Position numbers and translations under genes: made by a program
Shown: piece by piece, positions 39,323 to 53,060 of the stretch
How the letters are laid out: each line of letters opens with the position of its first letter
How positions within the stretch are numbered: position 1 is the first letter of the stretch
Notes under the pieces: model-generated
Database searches by the model: none
What the model was told of the DNA's origin: nothing
The model's input: the letters and a program-made list of their open reading frames with translations, nothing else
NCBI GenBank assembly: GCA_951406725.2
Contig: OX597817.1
Location: 121,644,001 to 121,708,000 of the forward strand
DNA: 64,000 bases
Reading direction: 5' to 3'
Source of the DNA: Octopus vulgaris
Lineage: Eukaryota

Positions 39323-39597
39323 ATATATATATTATTATATGTAGAAAAATACAAACTGGGACAAGAACGTAAAACATTTAGAAGACGATACAAAAAACAT
39401 GGACGGGACATTCGAAGCCTTCGATCTTCAGTCAAGAGCCAGATCATCAAGATTAATCAGCCGAAATTGCTACGATGATCCAGTTCTTGACTGAAGATCG
39501 AAGGCTTCGAATGTCCCGTCCGTGATTTTTGTATCGTCTTCTAAATGTTTTACGTTCTTGTCCCAGTTTGTATTTTTCTACATATAATAATAATATA
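39323..39597. mobile_element. Near-perfect fold-back element (about 125-bp arms, 25-nt loop)
   Basis: 39323-39448 is the reverse complement of 39474-39597 with few mismatches; embedded in microsatellites; homologous to 22785-23110. Confidence 0.85.
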
Positions 39598-39601
39598 TAT
39601 C

Positions 39602-39654
<53 letters not shown>

Positions 39655-40059
39655 GCATATGTATATATATTTAGATGTGTGTGTGTATGTGAGCATGAAT
39701 ATGTATATAAATGTATATGTGTATAAGAGCATGTATATGTATATATGGGTGTGCAAATATGTCAATCTATTCAGAACGATGTATATGTATATGTAAATTC
39801 ATTAACTGAATGAACGGTAAATTCTTGAAGGTCACCCACGGACAATGGAAATGTAACCTTTCATGAAGAATTGGTTAGCATTACAAAGAAATTGAATGGC
39901 ACTCCCTTTAGTATAAACATCAATACTTATCATCCATAGCATAGTCACTCTCCCTCTACATCTATGCCTTTAAAGCACTTTATCAACAACCTTTTAACCA
40001 CAACTCATTTTTGATAACCCGTGTGAGTACTGCTACCTCGCAAGCCACGACAGACACAG

Positions 40060-40122
<63 letters not shown>

Positions 40123-40220
40123 GTATATCCCAAAAATATAACAAACACAAAAAAAACAACAACGCGAGGACATGGTACACGTAAAATATTAGAAGACGTT
40201 CAGAGAAGGAAAGAAATATG

Positions 40221-40256
40221 GTTTAGCGTTTCGAGCAGACGCTCTTCTTCGGAAAC
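40221..40256 (-). ncRNA. Minimal hammerhead-like motif in a PLE-type repeat (about 40123-40330)
   Basis: gttt-CCGAAGA-a-gagc-gtct-gctc-GAAAC-gcu-aaac; stems I and II perfect, two core substitutions (U4C, U16.1C). Confidence 0.6.
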
Positions 40257-41019
40257 AGAGGAAAGTCCAATAGAAGGGGAGACGGAAGAAGAAAATCGGT
40301 AAAGATTCACATGGGGTTACATTTTGAAATGAACGGAAAGGAATGGGTGCAGAAAAAGTTCTTTCTAAGTCAGGAGAGTGTAAGAGAAAGCATGTGCGTG
40401 TATGTGTGGGTATGTGCGTGCGCGCAAAACTATATATGCGTGTAAGTATGAGTGTGTGTGCGTGGTATGTGTGAACTTTGTGTCATTTAATGTTGTAGGA
40501 AGAATTCAGTAGCAGGAGTGGCAGTCTTTTGTGTTGTGTGTCTCTTCACATCTGAGTAGCAGAATGGTCACTAGAAAGGTGTTTCACTGGCAGTTTGAAG
40601 TATGTGTGTTCGTGTGTATGTACGTGTGTGCGTGTATGTATATGTTGTGTTTGTGTGTGCGTGTATATGTAGCGTGTGCTGTGAGTGTGCGTGGGTTTGT
40701 GTGTGTTTGGGGTTGTGTGTGTGTGGAGTATATGTGCATCCTCTGTGTGTGTGCGTGCGTGTGTGTAAATGCCCATGTATGTGTAATTGCGTGCGTGTAT
40801 GTATGAGTGTGTGTGGGAGAGGTATGTGTGAGTTCATATGCCTGTGCGTCTGTGTGTATGTGTGTGCGTGTGTATATGTGTGCATGCGTGTGAGTGTATG
40901 TGCGTGTGTACATGTATGTGTGTGTGCATATGTGTATGTGCGTGTATGTGTGTATGTGTGTGTATGAACGAGGGATTGTGTGTGGAGGTATACGTGCACT
41001 TTTGGGCGTATTTCAGGTT

Positions 41020-41145
41020 CCGTCTACCAAATTTACTCGTAAGCATCTGGTAGACTCGCGGCTATAGAAGAAGACACTTGTCCAAGGTACCTCACAGTGG
41101 GAATGAACTATGAACCAATGGTTGGGAGGCAAACTTCTAACCATT
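41020..41145 (-). mobile_element. tRNA-derived (CORE-like) SINE fragment
   Basis: TTCCGTCTACCAAATTTACTC..GCTATAGAAGAAGACACTTGTCCAAGG..TGGTTGGGAGGCAAACTTCT is the reverse complement of the 21008 family head. Confidence 0.75.
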
Positions 41146-43589
41146 TTATTTATCGTAGCACGCGAGATTTGACTATTTTTATAATAATAATTGTTTTTGG
41201 CTAATACAACTTTCCTGCTGTGCTGTACGTATTTACTGGCAATAACATTCATCTAGGATCACACAGGACTACCCATAGCATTCTTCCATACCCTGAACCT
41301 AACTTTTAAACCTTAAACTTGTAATATATCAAAGATAAGGGGACATACTGTTCGTCCTACAATATATATTAAATGTATGTCATTCAATCTTGTGACAAAG
41401 TTTCTTTTTTTCAGACAATCGTTATTTTTAAATACAATTTCTACACCAATGTTCTAATATGGAGGTAGAAAAATCCTGCTTAAAAATATTTATAAAAGAA
41501 ATGTCGTTTGACAATATTCTGTCTTCAACTATTCATATTGAAAAGGCATTGTTGAATATAATAGAAACTAACATTTTCTTTTAAGTTTCATCAACGCATT
41601 GAAGCTGGTAAAACAAATCTATGCTTGCTATATTTAAAGATATGTTAGCATCACAATCGACGAGTCTAATTCAAGTATTGTGCTCGCCTTCTCTGTAAGT
41701 ATGAATTGTAGCTTATTCCACTTCAATGTATTCGATTAAGTATCAGTGTGGTAGGCGAAAAAAATATTGATTTATATTGAACTTTCTGTATTGATTATTT
41801 TTCAGGCGTTCTTAAGTAATAACAATAATAAAAATAAGGTCACATACATATAAACACACATATGTGTTCGTGTGATTATATGTTTAAATATATGCATTTA
41901 TACGAATCGATGATTCATTTTTGCATATTTGTGAGTTTATATTGTATATATATGGTGCAGGGCTATCTGTAATCAGATACACAGGCATATACGCATAAAC
42001 ATGTATACACAAACATACACTTACACATATAAAAAAGAAAAACATTCGCATGCATGAATACACACTGTAACATGCACGCACACAGACGCATATTTGCAGC
42101 GAGAGAGCGGAGAAACACGATAGACAGATAAGAGTTATAAAATTATGTATATATAAAATGAATTTCTATATGTAAATATCTCTGTCGATTGCCCTTCTCT
42201 TTCTTTTTTCACTCCAATTTTCCTTGTCTGTTTGTCTTTTTCAAACACATTCACAGATACATATACAGGAAGAGATTCTCGCGTATACAAAAAGAAAACA
42301 AAAAAACTGTTAAACTGATAGTTTTCAGAGCATATAGTACTTAACCAGTTTATAAAATTAATGATTCTGGTAAATTTAGTATGGTTTCATTTTGGAGAGA
42401 TATAGATTTGCTGACTATATAATATTTTCTTTGTGAAATATTTTGATTTGCTAACAGCAAGCAATATTTCTGTCGGTAATGGCGTTAAAAAAATACCAGC
42501 TATCGTCTCTATATACCCTAATACGACACACACATATATAAGTCATTATGACATGTATGGAAATATTCAACGCTGACAAACACGTCGTCCGAATCTTTCA
42601 CTGTTGCTATATAATTGAAATATCAAAGTAATATGCTAAAATATGTTAAAAGTATGTTAAAATATTATGTTAATAGAACTCATTTATTTGACATATCTTT
42701 CTAAAATATACACCAGAAATATTCCTATTAATCTGGGGATTGTATGATAACACAGCATGAGGGATGTCTTCACGATAATTCAAGAAAGGGAGTTTCTATT
42801 TATTTCAGGAGGGATAAGGTAAATATTTTCTCTCTTCTTTCCTCTGATATACAATTTAAGGAAAACATATACGTAAGTATAATATATTCATTTTCTAAAT
42901 GGTTAATATAGTTCTATTGAATTCTGCACGATTCCATTTTAAACAAAGCTTATTTTGTCTACGCCGTTTCATTAAATTTGCCATCTAATGATTCTGAAGT
43001 GCCAACGTTCTCATATAATTATCCAGGTGTTTCATTCACATTTAAGAAATAACTGTTTTTCCTTTCTTTGTATTCACTTTTGTTTAGCATTATTCCCGTT
43101 TTAACGTAGTGAAAATATTTCATCCTTAAATCACAACATAATTCGCATAGTCACGTCACCGGAAAACATCGGAAGTCATATAACTTTATAATTTCTGGTA
43201 GAAGGGTCTGAGATATTGCGTTAGGTTTTGCTTTCTTTCTTCGCATTATTGTTTGCCAAAAACATCAAGGTAAAGAAGACGTGCGTTTGAATTGATTATT
43301 TGGAACTGAGATCAAAAAAAGTTGTCAACTCGGTTACATGCAACAGGATATGGTGCGAAAATTACGATAACGTCTTCCTTTCGGTATGTTCCATTATATT
43401 TTGCGACAAGAAAGAATAGACAATATATTCATCAATCCACATTCAGATATTTTAACTACCAGTTGATACAATTTTGGTCAGGTTTAAGCACATTTTAGAA
43501 AAGTCGTATTTTATTGCCGAAAAATGCATAATAAAACAAAAACAAAACTTACATACATAGTAGGAAGAAGTGAGATATTGATCTACTTT

Positions 43590-43593
43590 ATTA

Positions 43594-43658
<65 letters not shown>
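43590..43658. repeat. (ATT)n microsatellite
   Basis: About 22 ATT units. Confidence 0.95.
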
Positions 43659-44559
43659 TAAAATATACACATTGTAACCAAATACCATGTTTGAAAGACT
43701 TTTGGAAGCAAAAAATAAAATCAAAACTTCATATATTTTATTACCAGGAATAGTTTGTATTTCAATTAGTATTTATTACTTTTATTATTATGAAGTGTTG
43801 TGAATGCTTTATTATTTTAGGACGAGGTCAACTTTTTATACAGGAAAACGAATTTCCATGTTTTTCAAAAGAGGCATTAACGAAGTCAATTACTTTCAGT
43901 GAGGAAAATCTGTCATCTTAGCATAATGGAAGGTTATTTTCAATCTATAGAACTGAACTCTTATTTAATGAGATTAATATCTGGCTAATGCCCTAGAAAT
44001 ATTTGGAAGACATACTCTACAACTTGTCATATATTTAGAGCTTGCATGCGTAATTAAATAATTAAAAAGTTATTACGACACGAATATTAATATTTGCGAC
44101 TGAGTAGTTACCGTTGCAGAATGAGTAGCTATTTCAGAGAATAAGTAGTTAAGCTGTTGGAGATGAATTATGATCTCCAACAATTCCTCTTCTGAAACTC
44201 CGAGTTCCGTAAATCAGTGTTTCTTTCCGATTATTGAGATTTTAAGCAAATGAGGTATACATGTTAAACATATTAAGACTTGATATTCCGTTGATAAACA
44301 TTCGGCCAGTAAGAATTAAACTCAATACTAGACATCAGCCTAAAAAATATTTATTAACTACACATTGATGTCACGTTAATTATAGCAAGGAACTATACTA
44401 CACATGGTATCTACTTATGATTAAGTACATTCGTTCTTTTAGGATTAAGCAACTTCCGAGGAGAATATGAAAGGTCGATAGCCTATGCAAATGGATCACC
44501 ACCATATCGCCCCGCTAAATCACGTTTACCTATGTTACGAAAACGCATACATGTACATA

Positions 44560-45167
44560 GTGTGTTGTATGTGTATCAGAGTAATGTAATTAGATTAGCT
44601 AATGAACTTGAAGAGACGCATGAACTAAGAGCTGATGCAGATTTATACCCAAAAGCATTGGTTGAATCTATCAAAACAACAGTTTAAAAAGAAAGACCAG
44701 TTCACTGAGAAGATTGAATATGGGTAGATGACTCGAAAAACACAAACCGTAAAAGGAAATGATCATATCAGAAGCTTGATATGAAGTACCGACAAGTTTA
44801 TGAGATCCCTCTTCGAAGTTATCTCCATGCAATTCAAGAAAAGAGATCCCCGTCAGGTACCTACATTATAACAAGCAAACTGCATTCAGAGACAACAAAT
44901 ATAGGCAAAGACCAAGACTGAAAGCATCAATCATATTATTGTCAACTTCAGAAGAATGTTTTCTAGAAATTGTCTTCTCATGAAGCATGATGACATAACC
45001 AGAATGGCATGGAACAAGATAGCAAAAGACAGAACATGTATAGACGAAGTTGACTATGTTGAGATAGACGGGCCAAAAGAATATTGGTGGAACTTAAAAA
45101 TAAAAACAACCATCAAGATGAAACACAACCGATAGATATCATCGTTGGGATCACAAGGTATAAACGT

Positions 45168-45216
<49 letters not shown>

Positions 45217-45480
45217 AGGTTCTGCTGTGCATATTATTTGCTCTCAGGATACAAATGTGGTTTAAACAGTACAAGAGAACGAGGACTTCTCTAGACGAAT
45301 GATGAGGAGTTCCAAACATAGTACCCAAGATAGGCTTTCAGCTTCAGACGTATTGTTATTGGGTCAACACTATACGTACTAACAGGTTTGAATGAAAATA
45401 TGGCTGAATTTGGATTCTTGGAGAAAGAACACAAATATTTAAATCATACGCTATAAATTCAGATTTAATGGACGATGGAC
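44560..45480 (+). pseudogene. Decayed R4/Dong-like non-LTR retrotransposon C-terminus
   Basis: Fragments AIQEK, ESINHII, MKHDDITR, EYWWNLKIKTTIKMKHNR and IVIG; many stops; interrupted by (TA)(GA)n at 45168-45216. Confidence 0.7.
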
Positions 45481-45599
45481 AAAAGAAGACGCTTCGCTTC
45501 ACAACCTTGCTACCAATCATGTGGCCATTTAAATTGTTTTCTAAATAGATAAGCGAATGAGAACATACACATATAGTCAAAGAATGCTACAATGCTACA

Positions 45600-46885
45600 A
45601 ATAAGGACATATTGATTAAAATACATCATATGGCCGGCTGTCAATAAAGACAGAGTAACACGAGAGTATTGCACCAAGCTCAGAAAAATGTGGCAGTTGG
45701 AACTCTCCTCTTACAACATGACAATATCCCAGAATGCATTTTCAGTACAAATAGTGATTCCATCATCTGGGATACTTGACTTGTACGCAGAAGAAATCCT
45801 TTATGTAGGCATTAAAATCCGCAAGATCCTGACATCTATTGGGAACTTCTACAGAAACAGTCATATCGACAATCTCTACCTAAAAGGTTTGAGACAAATG
45901 CAGACAGCCCTCGAATGTCATATAATCTCCCTCAGACAGTACTTGCTAATAACAACACCAGCAAAAAGAAACACAGCAACTTGGTACTTAAAAGTGAGGT
46001 GCACAACATACTACGTGTCGGCAGTGAGCTCCTCGGGAAGCACTCTATTGTCGATAGCATCCCATACAACCCCAAATAGCACAACTGTCATACTTCAAGG
46101 AAGACGTGGAAGGAAAACGCCCAGCATACTAAAAATAGACTTCACATGAGTATGCTTCTGGAAGACCTGAAGAGGACTAACATCGACATGATGCTCGTCC
46201 TCTCTTTGACTCATGACAGAACATCACATCATTTAAAAGGCTATGCATTTGGAATCTAGAAAATACCTATTAAACAAAAGAGACAGTGAAGCCTTTGGAG
46301 CAACGGGAAATGTAGATTGTGCAATATTTCTGAGAAAGATATTTTCAGCAGCTGCTGAAAAATTCCGAGGTGCTACTTTCGTATGCGATACAATGTTTCA
46401 CTGAAACAATATACAATGCTCTTAGAAAAACAAACCATCCGAGAATAAATATAGAGAATCCACTTGAGTTTGAATACATACGCAAGCAGCGACACAGGGA
46501 GTATTGGTGGAACATTTCCATCAAAACAACTGACAAGTGTAAGCATAACAGACCGGATATTGTTGTTCGGGAAGATAAGAAAAAATATGAACATCATAGA
46601 GGTCAGCTGTCCGGCTGATTTGAATATAGTTTTGAAAATCAAAGAGTAAGAGGATAACTACAGACAACTGCTTCGAAACCTCCAGCTTGTATATCTAGAA
46701 TATAAATTCATATTTATATCAATGATAAATGGTGTTGTTGGTTTATAAGTATGTGCTTGAGTAACAAACCGGATAAGCTGCGGTTTTCGGAAAAAGAAGT
46801 CAGTCAGCTAACTGGCACATTACAAAGTCAATCAGTAAGAGGGGCAATAAAATTATGCAATTTTTCGCAAGTTTGAAATGACATT
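45600..46885 (+). pseudogene. Decayed R4/Dong-like non-LTR retrotransposon (RT thumb plus REL endonuclease)
   Basis: KMWQLELSSYN..NAFSV..IKIRKILT..FYRNSHIDNLYL, EYWWNISIKTTDKCKHNRPDIVV and IIEVSCPADLNI..K.EDNY; multiple frameshifts. Confidence 0.85.
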
Positions 46886-47021
46886 GTTTTTATTATCTAC
46901 ATTTCAATGATGGAGTTTTGTATATTTGTTAGAAACCAGCTTCTTTCTCACAAAAAGAATTCAGGTGACTAAAAAAATAGAAGAGAACGAATATACATAT
47001 ATATATATATATCTATATACA

Positions 47022-47096
<75 letters not shown>

Positions 47097-47494
47097 AGTG
47101 AGTGTGTGTACTTATGTACAGCTGAAATTATTTCAGATTCTTAGTATTCTCGACTGCAAACATCAAGTAATCTCGTTGCTACCACTTTGCCTTTTCAGAG
47201 GCACGATTTACAGAATCACAGTTTATTTCAAGTAGTAACACATCTATAATGCTATTCAGCTGTTTTCCCCCTCGTAACAAAATTCATTTAATGTTGTCTA
47301 CTTATATTTATGTTATTTGGTTGGCTAAAGCTCAGAGAGTTTAATGTAAACATCTGCAGATAAGCTATGCAATAAAAAGGTAAAATAATTTAATCAATAA
47401 GAATATGGAAATGCATTTTAAGCAACACAAACATGTATGCATATATGTAGAGGTATATATACATAGGTATATACAAGTACGCTACGATATATAC

Positions 47495-47559
<65 letters not shown>

Positions 47560-48517
47560 GCACACACACATTTAGTTATGTATACGCAGTCACATAAGAT
47601 TATGTTTTCTTGTTGCTTTAAAAAAAAAATATCACTAGCTTAGCTTTCGCTTCGCTTCAGTAGGAACATTCGTAGGGTTTTCAAAACTTGCTTGCTGAAT
47701 AGAAATGCAGGTGCTTAATATTAATCGTTAAACGGTGGTTAAGCCAATATTGCCATGAGAAATTTATCCGTGTAAATGTTCGTTTCAATAATATTCATTA
47801 TATGCATACACTTTTAAGTACAAGGCAAGATTTCTGAATCGGTTCCTTTATAGTTTTTAAAGTTGTCATAAAAATTTGTAGTTTATAGATTTCTTTTGAT
47901 GTCCTAAACATACTACTCCGGTTTTCTAATGTGAGGCAAGTATGTGAATGAAACAAAATTATCATCTAACTCGACCTTAAATTAATCAATCTTAAGGTGT
48001 TAAAAGAAAACATGGAAATGGCTAATTTTCGATTTGGATTTATAATTTCTTGTGATGACTGCGGTGTAAAGTGTGGATGTACAGATTAAAGTTTATTAAT
48101 GTCAATTCACATAAATACAGTGCCTCTTATAAAATACCATCATCTAATGAAAAAAATTAACCAGTGAATGCTGTCGAGAAGAATGTTGAGATAAGTACAG
48201 AAGTAACTTCGTGATGTGTTTAAAGGATCCGGAAAAAGAAATTAGTCATAAACTAGCCGCATAATTTCCTTTCAGAAATGTTTAGGTAATATTCAGATTA
48301 AATTGTTTCAAATAAAAATGTTGGGATAATCAAAATTTATATCTTCCTCAGTTGTCCGAGAAATGAATTCCTTTCATTTCTTCCAAATTTTCTTTAGATA
48401 CAATCGATTAGAAACAATGATCGTGAATACTACTCTATCAATAACGAAGAGTAATAATTGTCCCTTCTGTATTTTTTATATTGTAATTTAATCACTTACG
48501 TAGAAATATTTTTCTTG

Positions 48518-48630
48518 GCGCAGGCGTGGCTGAACTGTAAGAGGATTGTTTCCCAACCGCATGATTTCGGCTTTAGTGCCAATGCGTGGCACCATGAGTA
48601 AGTGTTTTCTACTAAAATCTCAGTCCGACA
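48518..48630 (+). mobile_element. tRNA-derived (CORE-like) SINE head fragment
   Basis: GGCGCAGGCGTGGCTG..GTAAGAGG.TTGTTTCCCAACC..TGCGTGGCACC..AAGTGT.TTCTACTA. Confidence 0.7.
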
Positions 48631-48736
48631 AAACATTCAGTTATCTGATTCTCAATGAGCTAGGTTTCTGTAAGAAGCCCATGAGACTTTAAGTTGCATG
48701 GAGCCGAATCCAAAAAATTTAAATAATCCTTTCTAC

Positions 48737-48940
48737 AATAAGCACAAGACCTGAATTTTATGGGAAGGCGATAATCGGTTACATCGAGCACAGTGCGTAA
48801 CTGGTACTTATTTAACAAACACGAAAGTATAATAAGAAAAGTCGACCTCGGCGGAATTCGAACTCAGATCGTAAAGACAGACGACATACCGCTAAGCATC
48901 TAGCGAATCATGCTAACGATTCTACCAGCTGGCCGCCTTG
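48737..48940 (-). mobile_element. SINE, 11462 family
   Basis: CAGTGCGTAACTGGTACTTATTT..GTCGACCTCGGCGGAATTCGAACTCAGA..CCAGCTGGCCGCCTT. Confidence 0.82.
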
Positions 48941-49016
48941 AACTATTTTAAATAATAATATATGTAACTGCTGCTCAATGTGTTGAGTGCCTCTCTCTTT
49001 CATTTTCCCACTCACT

Positions 49017-49175
<159 letters not shown>

Positions 49176-49748
49176 ATTATAATTATATATTATTATACTC
49201 ATAACTGTAAAATTTTTTGGTTAAGTTAACCGATAATGGTTCTTTTAACATACCGAACTACTTGTTAAAATTATTAATTATTAATTAATTAATTGATTTT
49301 ACCCTTTATTATATATATATGTATAATATTATTTTCTTCTTCTGGAAAAAGTTTTTTTTACAGAATTGCATGGATGTGTTCAGGTCGAACATTATATAAC
49401 TTGGTATAAGAAGAGACAAAAATTTAGATAATCATTCTATATTTGTGATATACATCAACATAATTACATAAATACATATAACATTAAATTACATCAAGAC
49501 AAGGAATATATCCATATATTATTTAGAAAGAAATAAGAGTTATATGAGGTACAAATGTACGTGAAAAGGATAAATAAATGATATATCGATTAAAAATCAT
49601 ATCAGATTTAAGGTTAAAAAACGTTGAGTTAAGGATTATATGTTGTAAGATACATCGGCAGTTGTGAGAAGTCCTAATTATGGATTTAAAAGTTTAGAAA
49701 AGTTCCGAAGAAATGTTCATTGAGGATTATAACGTCAATATGAAGCAA

Positions 49749-49830
49749 TTCGACCGCCGTTTCTGGAGTCCATTAGTCAACAGCTATGAATCCTTTAGTT
49801 TCCCACTGAAAATGTCCCCTTCATCAGGAA
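49749..49830 (-). ncRNA. Type I hammerhead ribozyme with intact core and long stem II
   Basis: uuc-CUGAUGA-a-ggggacauu...aauggacucc-a-GAAAC-ggcg-GUC|gaa; predicted cleavage between 49752 and 49751. Confidence 0.72.
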
Positions 49831-52596
49831 AATATAAATAGGTAATCAAATAAGTGTGAAGACATGTAAGAGAAAAGAAAAGAAAGGAAATTTTTGGTTA
49901 CATAACGTTAGTCGTCGGCTAGTCCATCAGATACTGTCATTTTTACGATGATATATATATATATATATGTATATATATTTGTGTGTGTCTTTGTGTCAGT
50001 GTTTATCTCATAAGATCCGCTTGACAACCGGTGCTGATGTGTTAACTTCTCTGTAACTTAGCTGCTCGGTAAAAAAGGTACGACAGAGTACGCACCTTGC
50101 TTAGAAAACGTACTAGATCTCATTCTGTCAACTAAAATTTTCAAGTCGCTAGTCCTGCATGGCCTCAGTCTAATGATTGAAACAGTTAACCAGATAAAAT
50201 ATTGTATTATTAAAATAATACACGATGAATACAAGGATCACTTATAGCTCCTAGTGGTTTCATTATGGTATAACAGTCAGTTGTTATGATAAATCTTTGA
50301 GAAAATGCATTGAATATTTTGGCATAAGCGTACTGCTATTTCAGTTTATATAATTGTATTGCTATTTTATGAAAATCACATTTACTACTACAATATATAA
50401 GAAACAATCACTAGTTGTAACTGTTGTTTATTGAAAAATTTCGTCGTAATGAAATGATGTTAAGAGCATAGCAATATCAATCTCAGCATAGTGAGTACAC
50501 CTGTTACTAAATAGAAGGATAAACGTATAGGAATGATTTTTCTTTAAAGAAATTTCGTGGTCAGAAGTTAACTTTATTTCATAATCTAAATATATCTAAA
50601 TAATTTGAAAAATATATCATGAATAGACTTGAGGCAATATACAATATTTTACACGTCTGTGGATAACTGATGCAGCATAATATACATTAACAGAGTGTGA
50701 GAAGAATTTATGACAACAAGTGTAGTAAACAAGTGAGTAACGTAAAATGTGAATGCTGATGCGTCTGTGATAAAACTTTTATCTTCAGTGGGAAACCTAA
50801 CAGATTGGAATTAATAAGAAGCCATATGACACTGAGTGCGTATATCACGAAAATTATATTACATAATCTCTGTAGCATGTTATAATTGTTGCCAAAGCAA
50901 AGAAAACGAAAAACCTAATAAATAAATCAGATGAGGATAAGATACAACTAAATGCATTTGGATATCATGAACACTTTGGCATGGTGCGTGGTACTTTCTG
51001 GAAGACGACCATAAAGGCCATTTTCGTATGACATTTAGAAACAGGTGGAACATGATATGTAATAAAAATTTATGAACTAAATATAATAAAACTTAAATAT
51101 TCATACTGGTGATTAATCAGTTTAATTGGCACATACAATGATAAGAAGATTGCTAACCACAAATATCAAAGATAACTTAATAACAGCGCATTTTCAATAG
51201 GACTTCCTATAAATATCAATTTTCTATATTATTTTCAGCACTCAAAAAATATCTGAATCAATAAAATTACTTCTACAAAGCTGTAATATACTTAGATATT
51301 GTCACATGTCACAAAACTTGATATACACAAAATTATAGCGACCAACACAGACACACTCGCGCCCCGCCACACGTACATACACACTGACTGACATACCAAA
51401 ACAGACACACAGAAACAAATATGTATATATTCAAGCACTTGCACTATAGATTTCAGCCTATTGCACATTACGTCCCATAAGCTATAATTAAACGTCATAT
51501 GCACCAACACAATTCGACACATGCACCAACATTTAAAAGTAAAACATGCAGAGAACATCACAAATATCAGAGGTGGTTAGTATGCGGTCAGTCGTTTTGG
51601 TAGGGGTCGCTGCTAAAACACTCAGATCACACCCTACTATTTTAATAAAAATATGTTAAGTACGATAGTTCCTTTAAAGGCAAGGTATAGCGAAAAACGA
51701 TCAGATGACTTCCGGTAAATGTCTTCGACTACATGTTTTACTGTAGATTAATCAGGCCCGAATTGTAGCTATGCATCATCAACAAACGTAGATAAATATA
51801 AAAATGTAAAGAAAAAGGGAAAGAAAAGTATAGGCAACATTAGCTAATGAGTAGTACAAGGTAGTATGTAACGCTCTTTCGGTAATTTTTATGTGAGTCT
51901 ATGTAGTTGCAAGCTGGTATAAAAATATTTTGAACTCTCTGATTTCTTGTCTAAGCCGAACCTCTATGTTGTCACAACTGGAGGGAGTAATAGAGAGAAA
52001 GAACTGCGCCAGCAGTCGGCCTATTCTAATGTACAACTAAGAAGACAGGAAAAGCGTGAAAGAAAGTGCTTTACCTAAGGACACAAGGTACCAATCGGTT
52101 CATAAATCAAATAAACGTAAATTACATTATCATACTCTTTAGACCAAGCGTCTTTACAGATGAATATATCCACGGATATACACATCGAAATATCGTAAGT
52201 AATTTATTCATCTAATTCTCTAAAATAATTATTTTAAAATCCCAACGCTATTGCACTCAAAGCTGTAAATTAATGTCAGCAAAATAAGTTCCTCGCGTGA
52301 AATATGTGGATACCAAAACGCCATTTAAAAAGTAGCAAAGAATAATATGTTAATATCTTTTATATAAGTGTAATTGATATTCCACAGAAATAACTATTTC
52401 CTTACCAATAAAATTTTCTTTTACTGCATATTCCATATGCTGTTATAGAAAGTCATCACCATTTCAGAAGTTCGCTTGCAGAATAAATTTTATATTGCAG
52501 CAATCAAAGGAATGATAAATTTTAAAGGTTCGAAATTAGCATTAGTGCAGTTAAATACGAAAAAATAATAATTGTTTGAATTGACATAAAGATTAT

Positions 52597-52659
<63 letters not shown>

Positions 52660-52660
<1 letters not shown>

Positions 52661-53060
52661 TAGCAGTATCGCCCGGCGTTGCTCGGGTTTGTAAGGGAAA
52701 TAACTATATAAGCATTTTTAGAGAGTTATAGCCAAAAAATAGCAAAAAAATGCATTAAAAATGGAAAAAAAAATCAAGGTAAATTTTTTTTTTAAAATCG
52801 TTGACACATCGTAGACATTTTTAGAGAGTTACTTCCCTTATATAATAGTGAAGAAAATGCATTAAAATGGAAAAATATGATGGTAAATTTTTTTTAAATC
52901 GTAGACTCATCGTAGACGCACGCTAATACCCAGAAGGGCTCGATATGAATCACGACTATAAGATACCCAGTTTTGGTTACACTGCACCGCAAAATGTGGG
53001 AGTAGTTAGGAATCTAAATCGTAGGAGACAGACACACAACTTCACTTTTATATATAAAGA
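52660..53060 (-). mobile_element. Complete non-autonomous Helitron (401 bp)
   Basis: Minus strand starts A|TC (53060) and ends in hairpin CCCGAGC-AAC-GCCGGG, then CTAG|T (52660). No TSD. Internal direct repeat of about 103 bp (52713-52918). Confidence 0.9.

Noticed and set aside
45688-46149. 153-aa ORF as a host gene
   Set aside because: The N-terminal part is LINE RT thumb sequence and the rest is frameshifted read-through.
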